Shown here: positions 7,721-17,713 of the stretch, piece by piece
How positions within the stretch are numbered: the stretch's first letter is position 1
Layout: each line of letters opens with the position of its first letter
IMG/VR virus record: IMGVR_UViG_3300032226_000397
Location: 1-33,208 of that record
Length of the DNA: 33,208 bases
Reading direction: 5' to 3' (one strand)
From: a virus
Taxonomy: Duplodnaviria > Caudoviricetes
Notes under the pieces: generated by a model
What the model saw: the letters and a program-made list of their open reading frames with translations, nothing else
The model's database searches: none
What the model was told of the DNA's origin: nothing
Position numbers and translations under genes: made by a program

Positions 7721-10700
7721 ATGTCTAACCCGTCTAACCTGTATGCTGAAAAAATTTATTCTGAGCACCCAACAGTTCTTTGGGCGCTAGACGACAAAGC
7801 AGACTATGTTAGTTTAATTACAGAGGCACAGAGAGATATTTATGAAGAGTGGTCTGCATCAAGTGGTGGATCAAGTTCAATGTCAACACCAGCAGATGCA
7901 CCATTTCAAGAAAGCATAACCTCTTTAGTTTATAGCAATGTTCCAATCTCTAGTACTAATGAAGCAGTTTTTATAAGTCCAAATTTATTTAATCTTCAAG
8001 AACTTAATGTAGATCTAAATACCTTTTCAATAGGAACATATTTTTATTCTAACAGTGCATATTTAAAATCAATTTCTATTGGATATGAATATACAGATTT
8101 AGCGACCTCAGAAATTGTTCAACATCTAAAAACTTATGAAACAGATATATTTGGTCGTTGGAGTTTTATATCCGAAACTTTTGATCTTTTAGATGAAAAC
8201 GCAGAATTTAGAATAGTTATAAAAATTGTTACAAACTCTGGCGGAGACAATATTAATGATTATCAATTTTATTTAAATGGTATCTCTGCTGGTCAATGGT
8301 CAGAAGAGTTTAATGCTGTATCCCTTGGCATAACACAAATACTTTTGCCATCAAGTATTGCTTTAGATCAAACATATGCTTTAGAAGCAAAAGCCTATGG
8401 GCTATCAGATAATTCAGGATACTATTTAGTAAAAGATAATGCTTTAGTTGCAACTAATACAACAATACCTCTTGTTTTTGGAGCAAGTGGAATTACAAAG
8501 TTAAAACCAAACTCAAACATTGGATCTGGTTTAGATGATAGCATTCCCTCATTAATAGTTCCAGGCCAAGGATTTTTAAATGAGTCTGGAAGATACAAAG
8601 ATTATACTGTAGAATTTTGGTCAAGAATTTCTTGTGACTCCCTAGTTTCTAAAAAAATATTTGGACCGATTGCTTCAAGTGATGGTCTTTATGCAGACTC
8701 TGGATTTTTAACACTTAAAATTGGAGAATCTTTTAAATCATATTTTGTTGGTGAGTGGTTTAGACCAATGCTAATTCAAATAAGATTAATTAAAAATTCT
8801 GCAAGTTTAGTTTTAAATGGAGAACAAGTTATTAGCATTACCTTTAATACTTCTGAATTAAATCTTCCAGCAGTTCTTAGCCAAAATAATAAAGATCAAG
8901 ATTGGCTTGGATTTTATTGTACAACAGAAACGAACCCAATTGAAATTGACTGCGTTGCAATTTATCCATATCAGGTTCCAATTCTTGTGGCTAAAAGAAG
9001 ATGGGTTTACGGACAGGGAGTAATCTCTCCAGAAGGAATTAACTCCGCATATGGAGGAACATCTGCAATGATTGATTATCCATTTGCAGACTATACCGCA
9101 AACTATTCTTATCCAGATTTTGCAGAATGGCAGCAAGGATCGTTTGATAATCTAGTTACTACTAAAAATGCTTTAGAAAATCCTAAATACTCTTTGCCAG
9201 AAATATACACAGGAACAAAAACTATTGAAGAACTTTACTTTGCTAACAATTCTCTTCAGTCTTCACAGTATAATTTTATTAAACTAAAGCCAAATAGCGG
9301 TTGGAACTCTACTGGAGCATATATTAATTTTCCTGATTTAAATATTTTAGGAGATCAGACTAGTTCTTTTTATGGAGTATTTAAAATTTCAGAAAATACC
9401 TCTACTCAAATTCTTTTTAAAATACATAACAGTTTAACAAAAAATACTTTTATTGTTAAAAAGAATCAAGCAGATATTGTTTACTCTTTAGTTTTTAATA
9501 ATGAAGAAGAGGTCTTTCATACTATTGAAGACTTTCCACTAAATCAGTTTATTAGTATTGGAGTTAAGTTTGATCAATTTGCTAATTCATTTGGTGGAAA
9601 TATATCTTCATTTTTTGGAAACAAGAATTCTTTAAAAATGTATGTTGGCGGAGATGAAACTACTTCTAACACTTTTTCAGGAGAAATTTATTCTGTGGGC
9701 TTATGTTCTACCTCTAATACAAATGAAATTATAGATTATTTTAATAATTCGGGTATTGTTAATTATGATGATGCTCAATACCTTATAGATCACTTAGCAA
9801 GTTATACTCTTTTGCCAACTGTTGAGTACAACAATTTTTATTTAGATATTGGTATTTCAGGATATTGGGAAGATTACTTGCCACTATCATATTTTGCTCA
9901 ATATGTAACAGATGACTCAGGGCTATCTTATTATGATTTAGATTTTTTACAATTTAATATAGGATATCCGTCATCAGCAACACTACTAGAGCAGCAACTT
10001 ACAACAGAAGACTGGAAGTATAAAGATTTAAAAAATTCATTTTCTCTTCCAATTCAGCAAACCTACTTACAACTAGATAATCCACTATATAATGATTATG
10101 ATAATTATCAAGATCTAGAACAAAATGTTGTGTCATCTTTTAGATATGATACTGCTAATGCAGTAGTTAAAAGTTACGTAACTTTTCAGTATGTTGCAGA
10201 GGGTGCAAATGCTCCTCAAAGTTTTTTTACTAATGTTGAATATGCACAAGAAAAAAGAATAATAAATATAGATGAGCACCCAAATTGGGAAACAACTAAA
10301 TTTGAAGTTGTGGATAATACATTAATATATCCAACAAAAACTATTGATTTTAATTCCCTTGCAATTGTTTTTAGACTTGAGTTTAAATCTAGAAATATAA
10401 TTAAAAATCCTATATCTCTTTGCAGATTATCTTTTTGTTCTCAAGCCTTTAACAATAACTCTTTTAATCCAGTTGGAACTAAATTTGGTTTAAATATTTT
10501 TCCTTATACAAAGTCAGGAATATACTATAACTACAAAGCAAACAATCCATTTAGTATTTATAAAGAAAGCACTCCACATCTTTATATGACAAGAAGTTCT
10601 GGAATTGAACTAAGAGGGGATTTTGATTCAAGCGTTGAGCGTGGTATTAGTATACCTATTAATATGCAACTTGCAGATAGTTATAAGATTAGCGCTATGC

Positions 10701-11329
10701 AATTATGGCATAGGTATGAAGGTCAAGAATTTTCAATCATTCCTAAATTGTTTTTTGAAGTTAGACATAAAAATGATACTATTAAGTTTTATACTGTTGC
10801 CATTGGAAAAAATGGATCAAGAGCAAGAGTTTATGCAATCAGTGCTTTAACTGGACAAGTTGTAAATGGCATTTCATATTATCTAAATGGTAATCTTGTT
10901 AGAGAGCCAGTTTTAACAATTAAAGAGTGGTCAGTTCTTGGAATTGCTTTTTCTAGTGCTTTAGATTTTGACTTTTTTGTTGGATCTGTAAATTTAAATG
11001 GGCAGGGTGTATTTAATAATATTTCCTATTATCAGGCCACAAACCTTCAACAAGTTCAAGGAGCAATAACACGCCCATGGATTAAGGTTAAAAATGACGG
11101 GGTAACAAATCTTAACTGGCAGTACTGGCTAGATAACTATAACTGGAACGAAATGTTAGTTCTATCAACTATAAATCTTTATGGGGTAGATCCGTCAGAA
11201 GTCTACCAAACCTATATTGGAACTAATAAAATTATTATAGATGATAACGAAGGCATGACACTAGATGCTGATAATATTAAAATATATAAAGATACTGGAT
11301 GGTCAAGTACAATCTCAACACCAGCCTAA
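7721..11329 (+). CDS. Large putative virion protein with concanavalin A/LamG-like beta-sandwich domains (1202 aa)
   Basis: N-terminal YAEKIYSEHPTVLWALDD and YTVEFW...LVLNGEQV...IDCVAIY patterns resemble phage LamG-type minor structural proteins; rich in aromatics, Ser and Asn. Confidence 0.55.
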   Translation: MSNPSNLYAEKIYSEHPTVLWALDDKADYVSLITEAQRDIYEEWSASSGGSSSMSTPADAPFQESITSLVYSNVPISSTNEAVFISPNLFNLQELNVDLNTFSIGTYFYSNSAYLKSISIGYEYTDLATSEIVQHLKTYETDIFGRWSFISETFDLLDENAEFRIVIKIVTNSGGDNINDYQFYLNGISAGQWSEEFNAVSLGITQILLPSSIALDQTYALEAKAYGLSDNSGYYLVKDNALVATNTTIPLVFGASGITKLKPNSNIGSGLDDSIPSLIVPGQGFLNESGRYKDYTVEFWSRISCDSLVSKKIFGPIASSDGLYADSGFLTLKIGESFKSYFVGEWFRPMLIQIRLIKNSASLVLNGEQVISITFNTSELNLPAVLSQNNKDQDWLGFYCTTETNPIEIDCVAIYPYQVPILVAKRRWVYGQGVISPEGINSAYGGTSAMIDYPFADYTANYSYPDFAEWQQGSFDNLVTTKNALENPKYSLPEIYTGTKTIEELYFANNSLQSSQYNFIKLKPNSGWNSTGAYINFPDLNILGDQTSSFYGVFKISENTSTQILFKIHNSLTKNTFIVKKNQADIVYSLVFNNEEEVFHTIEDFPLNQFISIGVKFDQFANSFGGNISSFFGNKNSLKMYVGGDETTSNTFSGEIYSVGLCSTSNTNEIIDYFNNSGIVNYDDAQYLIDHLASYTLLPTVEYNNFYLDIGISGYWEDYLPLSYFAQYVTDDSGLSYYDLDFLQFNIGYPSSATLLEQQLTTEDWKYKDLKNSFSLPIQQTYLQLDNPLYNDYDNYQDLEQNVVSSFRYDTANAVVKSYVTFQYVAEGANAPQSFFTNVEYAQEKRIINIDEHPNWETTKFEVVDNTLIYPTKTIDFNSLAIVFRLEFKSRNIIKNPISLCRLSFCSQAFNNNSFNPVGTKFGLNIFPYTKSGIYYNYKANNPFSIYKESTPHLYMTRSSGIELRGDFDSSVERGISIPINMQLADSYKISAMQLWHRYEGQEFSIIPKLFFEVRHKNDTIKFYTVAIGKNGSRARVYAISALTGQVVNGISYYLNGNLVREPVLTIKEWSVLGIAFSSALDFDFFVGSVNLNGQGVFNNISYYQATNLQQVQGAITRPWIKVKNDGVTNLNWQYWLDNYNWNEMLVLSTINLYGVDPSEVYQTYIGTNKIIIDDNEGMTLDADNIKIYKDTGWSSTISTPA

Positions 11330-11331
11330 TA

Positions 11332-11340
11332 TGGTATACT
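11332..11340 (+). promoter_or_regulatory. Extended -10 promoter TGgTATACT, leaderless placement
   Basis: 7 nt upstream of the ATG at 11348, no Shine-Dalgarno. Confidence 0.65.
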
Positions 11341-11347
11341 GATGGTT

Positions 11348-11734
11348 ATGGAATCATTAATAAACCCAAAAACTGGTAAGCCTATAGTAGGAAATGTACG
11401 TCGTCAAGTCATAGATAAGCATTATGATTGGGGACTTTATGTGTATAAAAAGTCAGATGGAAAATGGTTTACAGACGGTAGTGGCTCTGTTTTAAACATC
11501 CCATCTAACAAAGGTGATTTAGGCAAGATCGGTGAACTAAAAAAGGCTGCCATGCACTATGGAGATGATGGACAAGGAACTGTACACTTTGTTCCTGGAC
11601 TAACTCGTGTATCAGAAGAAGAATATTCAGAACAAAAAGATAGACTAAGCCAGGGACTAATCCCATCGATGAACGACCTTGGTGCATGGAAAGCAGCAAA
11701 AGATACTTTAGACAAATACGGAAGCGATGAATAA
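11348..11734 (+). CDS. Hypothetical protein upstream of portal (128 aa)
   Basis: The ORF track starts at 11342, but that ATG is only 1 nt from the -10 box; ATG 11348 fits a leaderless start. Confidence 0.75.
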   Translation: MESLINPKTGKPIVGNVRRQVIDKHYDWGLYVYKKSDGKWFTDGSGSVLNIPSNKGDLGKIGELKKAAMHYGDDGQGTVHFVPGLTRVSEEEYSEQKDRLSQGLIPSMNDLGAWKAAKDTLDKYGSDE

Positions 11735-13343
11735 CATGAGCGAAACTTTTGAACAACCTTATATTCGTGCTAGCCTAAACACGCAAGAAGAGGTAGAAAA
11801 TCCTTTTCAGTATCAAGACCCATTTAATAAGTCCTGGGATGATCTAAAAGATTTAACTGGAATAAATCAAAACTTTAAAAGACGTGTTGGAAGAATGGTA
11901 ACTAAAGGTCTTGAAGCAAATCAAGCATATTTAGATTCAGCAAATGCTCAAGCGTCAGGTATAGATGATGCGGGAACAAAATCAATCAACCCTGGAGTGG
12001 TATACAGAAATGGATACGGGCTTTTTGATGTAATTACCCCACCGTACAATATGTATGAGTTGGCTAATTTTTATGACACATCTTTTGCTAATCATGCTGC
12101 TATTGATGCAAAGGTAGAAAATGTTGTTGGTCTTGGATACCGATTTGATATTGCAGATAGAACAGCCCTTAGACTTGAAACATCAGAAGATGAGGCTGCT
12201 TCAGATCGTGCTCGTAGACGCATTGAAAGAATGAAGATTGAAATGCGTGACTGGTTAGAAAATTTAAATGATGATGATTCATTTACTAAAATTATGGAAA
12301 AGGTTTACACAGACCTACAAGCAACTGGAAATGGTTTTATAGAAGTTGGTCGAACAGTCTCTGGAGAAATTGGGTATATTGGTCACATCCCAGCAACCAC
12401 TGTTAGAGTTCGCAGACTTAATGACGGATATCTACAAATTATTGGACAGAAGGTTGTTTACTTTAGAAATTTTGGGGGACGCAATCAAAATCCAGTTACA
12501 GCAGACCCAAGGCCTAATGAGATTATTCATCTTAAAGAATATTCTCCATTAAATACATTCTATGGTATTCCAGATATTGTTGCAGCATTTCCATCTCTTA
12601 TTGGAGACAAACTTGCCTCACAATATAACATTGATTATTTTGAAAATAAAGCGGTTCCAAGATATATTATTACCCTTAAAGGTGCATCACTAAGTTCAGA
12701 TGCAGAAGATAAGATGTTTAGATTCTTGCAGACTGGGCTAAAATCACAATCACATAGAACCCTGTATATACCGCTTCCTGGTGACACTGAACAAAATAAA
12801 GTTGAGTTTAAGATGGAGCCAATTGAAAACGGTATTCAAGATGGTTCATTTAAAGAGTATCGTAAACAAAATAGAGATGATATTTTAATTGCACACCAAG
12901 TACCTATTTCAAAACTTGGTGGATCTGATTCTGGTATAGCAGCAGCACTTTCTCAAGACAGAACATTTAAAGAGCAAGTAGCAAGACCAGCGCAGCACCA
13001 TCTTGAGAAGGTTATAAATAAGATCATTAAAGAAAAGACAGATGTTCTTGAACTAAAGTTTAACGAGTTAACCCTGACAGACGAAATCGCTCAATCTCAA
13101 ATTCTTGAAAGATATGTAAAGACTCAAGTAATGACTCCGAACGAAGCAAGAGAAGCCCTAGATCTTCCTCAAAGAAAAGATGGAGACGAGCCTTTTGTTA
13201 TGTCTGCAAGACAGGCAACCGATGCTGCTGCCAATACTGCAGGCAATCGCCAAAGAAATACAGAGAGGACAAATAACCAATCTGACGGGCCAGCAACTAT
13301 CTCTGGAAGAAATCCAAAGGGTGAAGGCAGAGCGTCTCAGTAA
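11727..13343 (+). CDS. Phage portal protein (HK97/PBSX-like)
   Basis: DLQATGNGFIEV, EIIHLKEYSPLNTFYGIP, YFENKAVP, ILIAHQVP and MTPNEAREALDLP portal motifs; directly upstream of the protease and capsid genes. The start may be ATG 11736. Confidence 0.92.
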   Translation: MNNMSETFEQPYIRASLNTQEEVENPFQYQDPFNKSWDDLKDLTGINQNFKRRVGRMVTKGLEANQAYLDSANAQASGIDDAGTKSINPGVVYRNGYGLFDVITPPYNMYELANFYDTSFANHAAIDAKVENVVGLGYRFDIADRTALRLETSEDEAASDRARRRIERMKIEMRDWLENLNDDDSFTKIMEKVYTDLQATGNGFIEVGRTVSGEIGYIGHIPATTVRVRRLNDGYLQIIGQKVVYFRNFGGRNQNPVTADPRPNEIIHLKEYSPLNTFYGIPDIVAAFPSLIGDKLASQYNIDYFENKAVPRYIITLKGASLSSDAEDKMFRFLQTGLKSQSHRTLYIPLPGDTEQNKVEFKMEPIENGIQDGSFKEYRKQNRDDILIAHQVPISKLGGSDSGIAAALSQDRTFKEQVARPAQHHLEKVINKIIKEKTDVLELKFNELTLTDEIAQSQILERYVKTQVMTPNEAREALDLPQRKDGDEPFVMSARQATDAAANTAGNRQRNTERTNNQSDGPATISGRNPKGEGRASQ

Positions 13344-13365
13344 TTGAGAAAACGCTATAAAAGTT

Positions 13366-13374
13366 TGGTATAAT
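13366..13374 (+). promoter_or_regulatory. Extended -10 promoter TGgTATAAT
   Basis: 9 nt upstream of the ATG at 13384, no Shine-Dalgarno (leaderless or very short leader). Confidence 0.65.
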
Positions 13375-13383
13375 AGATTCGAT

Positions 13384-14670
13384 ATGAAAATAAATAAGGC
13401 TTCCTGGGTTACGGAAGGCGACAATGTTCGTCTATCGATGCCCTTTGGAAAAGTAGACCAGTCTAGACGTATTGTATCAGGTTTTGCATCATTAGACAAC
13501 CTAGATAAGCAGATGGACATTGTGACAACAGAAGCATCTATGAATGCTTTTGCAAAATTCCGTGGAAACATTCGTGAAATGCATCAGCCATCAGCAGTTG
13601 GTAAAATGATTTCATTTAAAGAAGAAAAGTATTTTGATCCTGAATCAAAAAAGTTTTATAAAGGTGTATATGTTTCTACATACATTTCTAAGGGCGCACA
13701 AGATGCCTGGGAAAAGGTACTAGATGGAACATATACTGGTTTTTCAATTGGGGGAAGAATGAATAAGTGGGATGACGCTTATGATGAAAAATCAGATCAA
13801 TCAATTAGAATTATTAAAGACTATGATTTAGTAGAACTATCACTAGTAGATTCACCAGCAAATCAGTTTGCAAGCATTATGTCAGTTGAAAAAGTTGATG
13901 GCGTAGATGTTATCAAGGGTGACGAAACAGTTCTTGAAAATGTATTCTATGATAAAGAATCTGGCCTTGTTGTTGTTTCTGAAGAAGAAACTCATATAAG
14001 CCCAACAACAGGTGAAGAAATGACTAACATTGGTTTTGTTGAAAAAACTGATAAAGAAAAAGTAGATATGATAAAATTCTTAGTTGATAATGCTAAAGGC
14101 ATTCATACTTCTAAGATTACCAAGGAGGTAAATCCAATGTCAGAAACAACACAGGCAGTACTAGATACTGCAGTTGAAACCGCAGAGATTACTCCAGAGG
14201 CACAGCCAGCAGAAGTTCTTGAAACTCCTGTAGATGTTGAAAAAACAGTAGCAGTTGAAGAAGTTGTTGCTGAAACGTCAACTAATGGTAGTGTAGAAGA
14301 GGTAGAGGTTGCTGCTGAAGATGCTGCAAAATCAGATCATGCTGTAGCAAATGCTATAGTTGAAATCAAAGAATCTCTTGCTAATGCCTTTGGCGATCTA
14401 GCATCAACCGTAAAGTCTCTTCATGAGCAGGTTGTAGCACTAAACAAGTCCCTTGAGACAGTATCATCAGAAGTGAAAACTGTATCTGATGAAGTTAATA
14501 ATGTTAAGGGTACTTTTAATGAGTTTGGCAAGCGAGTAGATGCCGTAGAGCATGACACCGCTTTCCGCAAGTCTGGCGATCTAGGCGAGATCGTGCAGTT
14601 TGAACCTGTAAAGGTTCAGAAATCCCTATGGGGCGGTCGTTTCCTCAAATCAACCGACCTATTTAACTAA
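13384..14670 (+). CDS. HK97-family prohead protease fused to a C-terminal scaffold-like region (428 aa)
   Basis: IVSGFAS...D...D, REMHQ (His), GFSIGG (Ser), ELSLVDSPAN; then an acidic linker and a heptad-rich coiled coil. Confidence 0.88.
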   Translation: MKINKASWVTEGDNVRLSMPFGKVDQSRRIVSGFASLDNLDKQMDIVTTEASMNAFAKFRGNIREMHQPSAVGKMISFKEEKYFDPESKKFYKGVYVSTYISKGAQDAWEKVLDGTYTGFSIGGRMNKWDDAYDEKSDQSIRIIKDYDLVELSLVDSPANQFASIMSVEKVDGVDVIKGDETVLENVFYDKESGLVVVSEEETHISPTTGEEMTNIGFVEKTDKEKVDMIKFLVDNAKGIHTSKITKEVNPMSETTQAVLDTAVETAEITPEAQPAEVLETPVDVEKTVAVEEVVAETSTNGSVEEVEVAAEDAAKSDHAVANAIVEIKESLANAFGDLASTVKSLHEQVVALNKSLETVSSEVKTVSDEVNNVKGTFNEFGKRVDAVEHDTAFRKSGDLGEIVQFEPVKVQKSLWGGRFLKSTDLFN

Positions 14671-14696
14671 GAAAAAAATCACTAGGAGGTGAAATA

Positions 14697-15848
14697 ATGT
14701 CGGAACAAAATATAGATCTAGAAAAGAACTACCCAGGATCAAGCGGAGCAGGCAATGAGATTAACTCTCAGGGCGGTTTCGTTTCTGGTGGAGTTGGCGG
14801 TGCAACTGGACTTGACGCAGACGGAGCATCCGTAGGCCTACAAGTTGGTAACACTGCAACCGCAGCATTTGGCTCAACAACAGGAGCAAACGCTGTCAAC
14901 CCAACAGGTGTCGCAGGTGGTATTCTAGCACCAGAGCAGGCTCGTCGCTTCATTGACTACGTGTGGGATGCAACAGTTCTCGCCAAGGATGGTCGTAGAG
15001 TTACAATGCGTGCTAATACAATGGAAATCGAAAAGGTTAACGTTGGAGAGCGTGTTATCCGTGCAGCAGCACAGGGTGCACCAGATTACACAAACGCAGG
15101 TGCTACATTTACAAAGGTAGAACTAACAACCAAAAAGATTCGTCTTGATTGGGAAGTTTCTACAGAAGCATTAGAAGACAATATTGAAGGTGGAGCACTT
15201 GAAGATCATCTAGTTCGCTTGATGACAAATGCATTTGCTAACGATATTGAAGACCTTGCTATTAACGGTATAGGATCAGGCAACGATGCCTTCCTTTCCA
15301 TCATGCCTGGCTTCGTTAAGCAAACTCGTGGAACAGTCGGAAACGCTGCTCACGAATATGCTGCAACAGTAGCAGACAACAACTACACAACATCAGTAAT
15401 GCAGGGCTTGCTTCTAGCAATGCCACGTAAGTACCGTGCAATCAAGAATAATCTTAAGTTCTATGCAGGTACTGATGCGTTTGCTGGTATCGTTCGTAAT
15501 AACGGTACACTAGCAGATGCTATCTCAGCAGCATTCTCTGATCGTACTGGTAGCACACAGGCAAATCGTCAAGACTATCTTGATGGTGGAGCACAAACAA
15601 CTGGCAACACACGTACAACTCGTGTGCTTGGTATAGATGTTCTTGAAGTTCCTTACTACCCTGCAGGATATGTCGACTTGACATTCCCACAGAACCGTGT
15701 ATGGGGATTCCAGCGTGATATCACAGTAAACCGTGAATACAAGCCAAAGAAGGATACAATTGAATACACAGTATTTGTCCGCTTTGGTCTTCAATGGGAA
15801 GAACTAGATGCAGTCGCTTATGTTGACTCAGATAGTGCTGATTCCTAA
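14697..15848 (+). CDS. Major capsid protein (HK97 fold, 383 aa)
   Basis: Follows the protease; strong AGGAGGTG RBS; GILAPEQARRFID, ISTEALED-like VSTEALEDNIEG and EDLAINGIG motifs; followed by a strong hairpin. Confidence 0.92.
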   Translation: MSEQNIDLEKNYPGSSGAGNEINSQGGFVSGGVGGATGLDADGASVGLQVGNTATAAFGSTTGANAVNPTGVAGGILAPEQARRFIDYVWDATVLAKDGRRVTMRANTMEIEKVNVGERVIRAAAQGAPDYTNAGATFTKVELTTKKIRLDWEVSTEALEDNIEGGALEDHLVRLMTNAFANDIEDLAINGIGSGNDAFLSIMPGFVKQTRGTVGNAAHEYAATVADNNYTTSVMQGLLLAMPRKYRAIKNNLKFYAGTDAFAGIVRNNGTLADAISAAFSDRTGSTQANRQDYLDGGAQTTGNTRTTRVLGIDVLEVPYYPAGYVDLTFPQNRVWGFQRDITVNREYKPKKDTIEYTVFVRFGLQWEELDAVAYVDSDSADS

Positions 15849-15865
15849 GATTTAAATAATCTATG

Positions 15866-15906
15866 ATAGGGCGGGTAGCGTAAAAACTACCCGCCTTATT
15901 CTTATT
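15866..15906 (+). terminator. Hairpin terminator after the major capsid gene
   Basis: ATAGGGCGGGTAG-cgtaaaaa-CTACCCGCCTTAT followed by TCTTATT. Confidence 0.75.
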
Positions 15907-15907
15907 C

Positions 15908-15916
15908 TGGTATAAT
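15908..15916 (+). promoter_or_regulatory. Extended -10 promoter TGgTATAAT
   Basis: Directly after the terminator; followed by AGGAG and the ATG at 15940. Confidence 0.7.
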
Positions 15917-15939
15917 TAAAGATAAGCATAGGAGTATTT

Positions 15940-16281
15940 ATGGAATTAACAATGGAAGAATTGTCAACAAAAACAGTAATGGCATTGAAAGCATATGCCA
16001 AAAAAAATAAAATTGAACTATTTGAAGCAAATACTAAACTTGAGATCTTAGAGATTTTATCTAGTTGGTTTCCCCCAACGCCAAAAGAAGGGGAAATAAA
16101 TGAAATTAGCCCAAAAGAAAAGATAGCAGTATACTCACAGAAGAACCTACATATGGACAATCTTAAGCCCCTGTCTGTAGGCTATAACATTATTTCAAAG
16201 GAGTCATCAGAAAAGTGGCTTACTCATAAGGCAGTGCGAATAGCAACTCCTGAAGAGGTAGCCTCACACTATGGTAAATAA
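15940..16281 (+). CDS. Small protein with an N-terminal Rho-N/HeH-like helical motif (113 aa)
   Basis: EELSTKTVMALKAYAKKNKIELFEANTKLEILEIL fits the helix-extension-helix pattern often found just after capsid genes. Confidence 0.6.
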   Translation: MELTMEELSTKTVMALKAYAKKNKIELFEANTKLEILEILSSWFPPTPKEGEINEISPKEKIAVYSQKNLHMDNLKPLSVGYNIISKESSEKWLTHKAVRIATPEEVASHYGK

Positions 16282-16283
16282 AT

Positions 16284-17261
16284 ATGCAGATTCTTAGACT
16301 TCCTCCATACCCACTTTCTGTTACTTATACAGTACCAGATGCAAATGCCTATTATGTTATTGTAATTGATAACGTTTCTGAACAAACAACAAGTGAAGCG
16401 TCTGTTGTTTCAAATAATAATAATAAAATTACATATTCTTTAGATGGTGATTTTGTAAAATACGATAAGTCTTATGCTGTTACTATTTATGAAGATGCTA
16501 GCGAATCCTCAGCAGATTTAGTTCGTGGAGATATTGTTGTAGAAGATAACTTAGATATTGTAAGACCATACATTAATCCATCCACACTAGGAACAACAGC
16601 AACAGAAATTGCTGAATACACTTTACATGAAAATTTAGCAAGAACTATTATTGACTCAGTTACTGGAGGATTTTATTATAATAGATCCTATCTAGAAACA
16701 GTTGGACAGGGAACAGACTACATCTCTCTTTGGAAAAAAACAGATAAGATTTTACAAGCATACGAAAATACAGTTTTAGTTTATGACTCTTCTTTAGCAG
16801 AGCCTGCCACTGGTGATTACAATTATATTATTACAAAAGATAAAACTGCAATTACAAAAGATCTTGTTAACCAGTTTGATGAAATAAATCGTGCAGAAAG
16901 AAAACCTGCAAGAATTCCTTTAGCCATGTCAGATTCTTATAATATTTTTGATACTGAAGATAGCGGACACACTCAGACAGTTTCTGGAGGAGTTGCCTTT
17001 GCAGAAGGAACAGACTATATATTTTTATTAGAAACAGGGTATAAGGTTGTTCCATATGACATACAGGATGCAACGCTAATGCTAATTGATGATATTAAGT
17101 GTGGAAAACTAGACTACTATAAAAGATATGTTAAAAATTATAAAACAGATCAATTTGAGATTGAGTACGATAAAAGACTTGTTGATGGTACAGGAAATAT
17201 TCTTGTAGATAAAATATTAGCAAAATACGTAAATAAAATAACTAGTCCTGGGATTTTGTAA
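16284..17261 (+). CDS. Putative head-tail adaptor protein (325 aa)
   Basis: Position; ARTIIDSVTGGFY and GYKVVPYDIQDATLMLI motifs typical of gp6/gp15-like adaptors. Confidence 0.7.
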   Translation: MQILRLPPYPLSVTYTVPDANAYYVIVIDNVSEQTTSEASVVSNNNNKITYSLDGDFVKYDKSYAVTIYEDASESSADLVRGDIVVEDNLDIVRPYINPSTLGTTATEIAEYTLHENLARTIIDSVTGGFYYNRSYLETVGQGTDYISLWKKTDKILQAYENTVLVYDSSLAEPATGDYNYIITKDKTAITKDLVNQFDEINRAERKPARIPLAMSDSYNIFDTEDSGHTQTVSGGVAFAEGTDYIFLLETGYKVVPYDIQDATLMLIDDIKCGKLDYYKRYVKNYKTDQFEIEYDKRLVDGTGNILVDKILAKYVNKITSPGIL

Positions 17262-17713
17262 TGTCAGAATGTGAAGTTACCGACTTCATGTATCCAATGA
17301 AGGCAGACCTATACTATGCTTCAATTGATCAAAGTGAATATGGCCAACCTAAAAAAACTTGGATTTTAGATAGAACTTTTGTCTGCAGTGCAACTGGATT
17401 TGGTAGATCTATAAAAGAAATTGAAGTTAAGCCTGCAGTGTTTTTACAATATCAAAATCAATTAGTAGCAAGATCTAAAGAAGACCTTCGTGTTTCTTCG
17501 TTTTTAAATAATAATGCAATAACTAATATACTTGTTACTAATATAAGAGATGCCCAAGATAATCCAGTTTATAGAGAAACAGCAGGACCAAGATCTGGAA
17601 GAAGCACTATATACGAGATTGCTTCTCTAGAACCCTTTGTTGGTCCATTTGGAAACATAGAATATTATCAGATGGTTTTTAGAAAAACTGAAAATCAGAC
17701 AACTGGTGACTAA
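17261..17713 (+). CDS. Putative head closure/stopper protein (150 aa)
   Basis: Position after the adaptor; TAATG coupling; DQSEYGQPKKTW motif. Confidence 0.6.
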   Translation: MSECEVTDFMYPMKADLYYASIDQSEYGQPKKTWILDRTFVCSATGFGRSIKEIEVKPAVFLQYQNQLVARSKEDLRVSSFLNNNAITNILVTNIRDAQDNPVYRETAGPRSGRSTIYEIASLEPFVGPFGNIEYYQMVFRKTENQTTGD

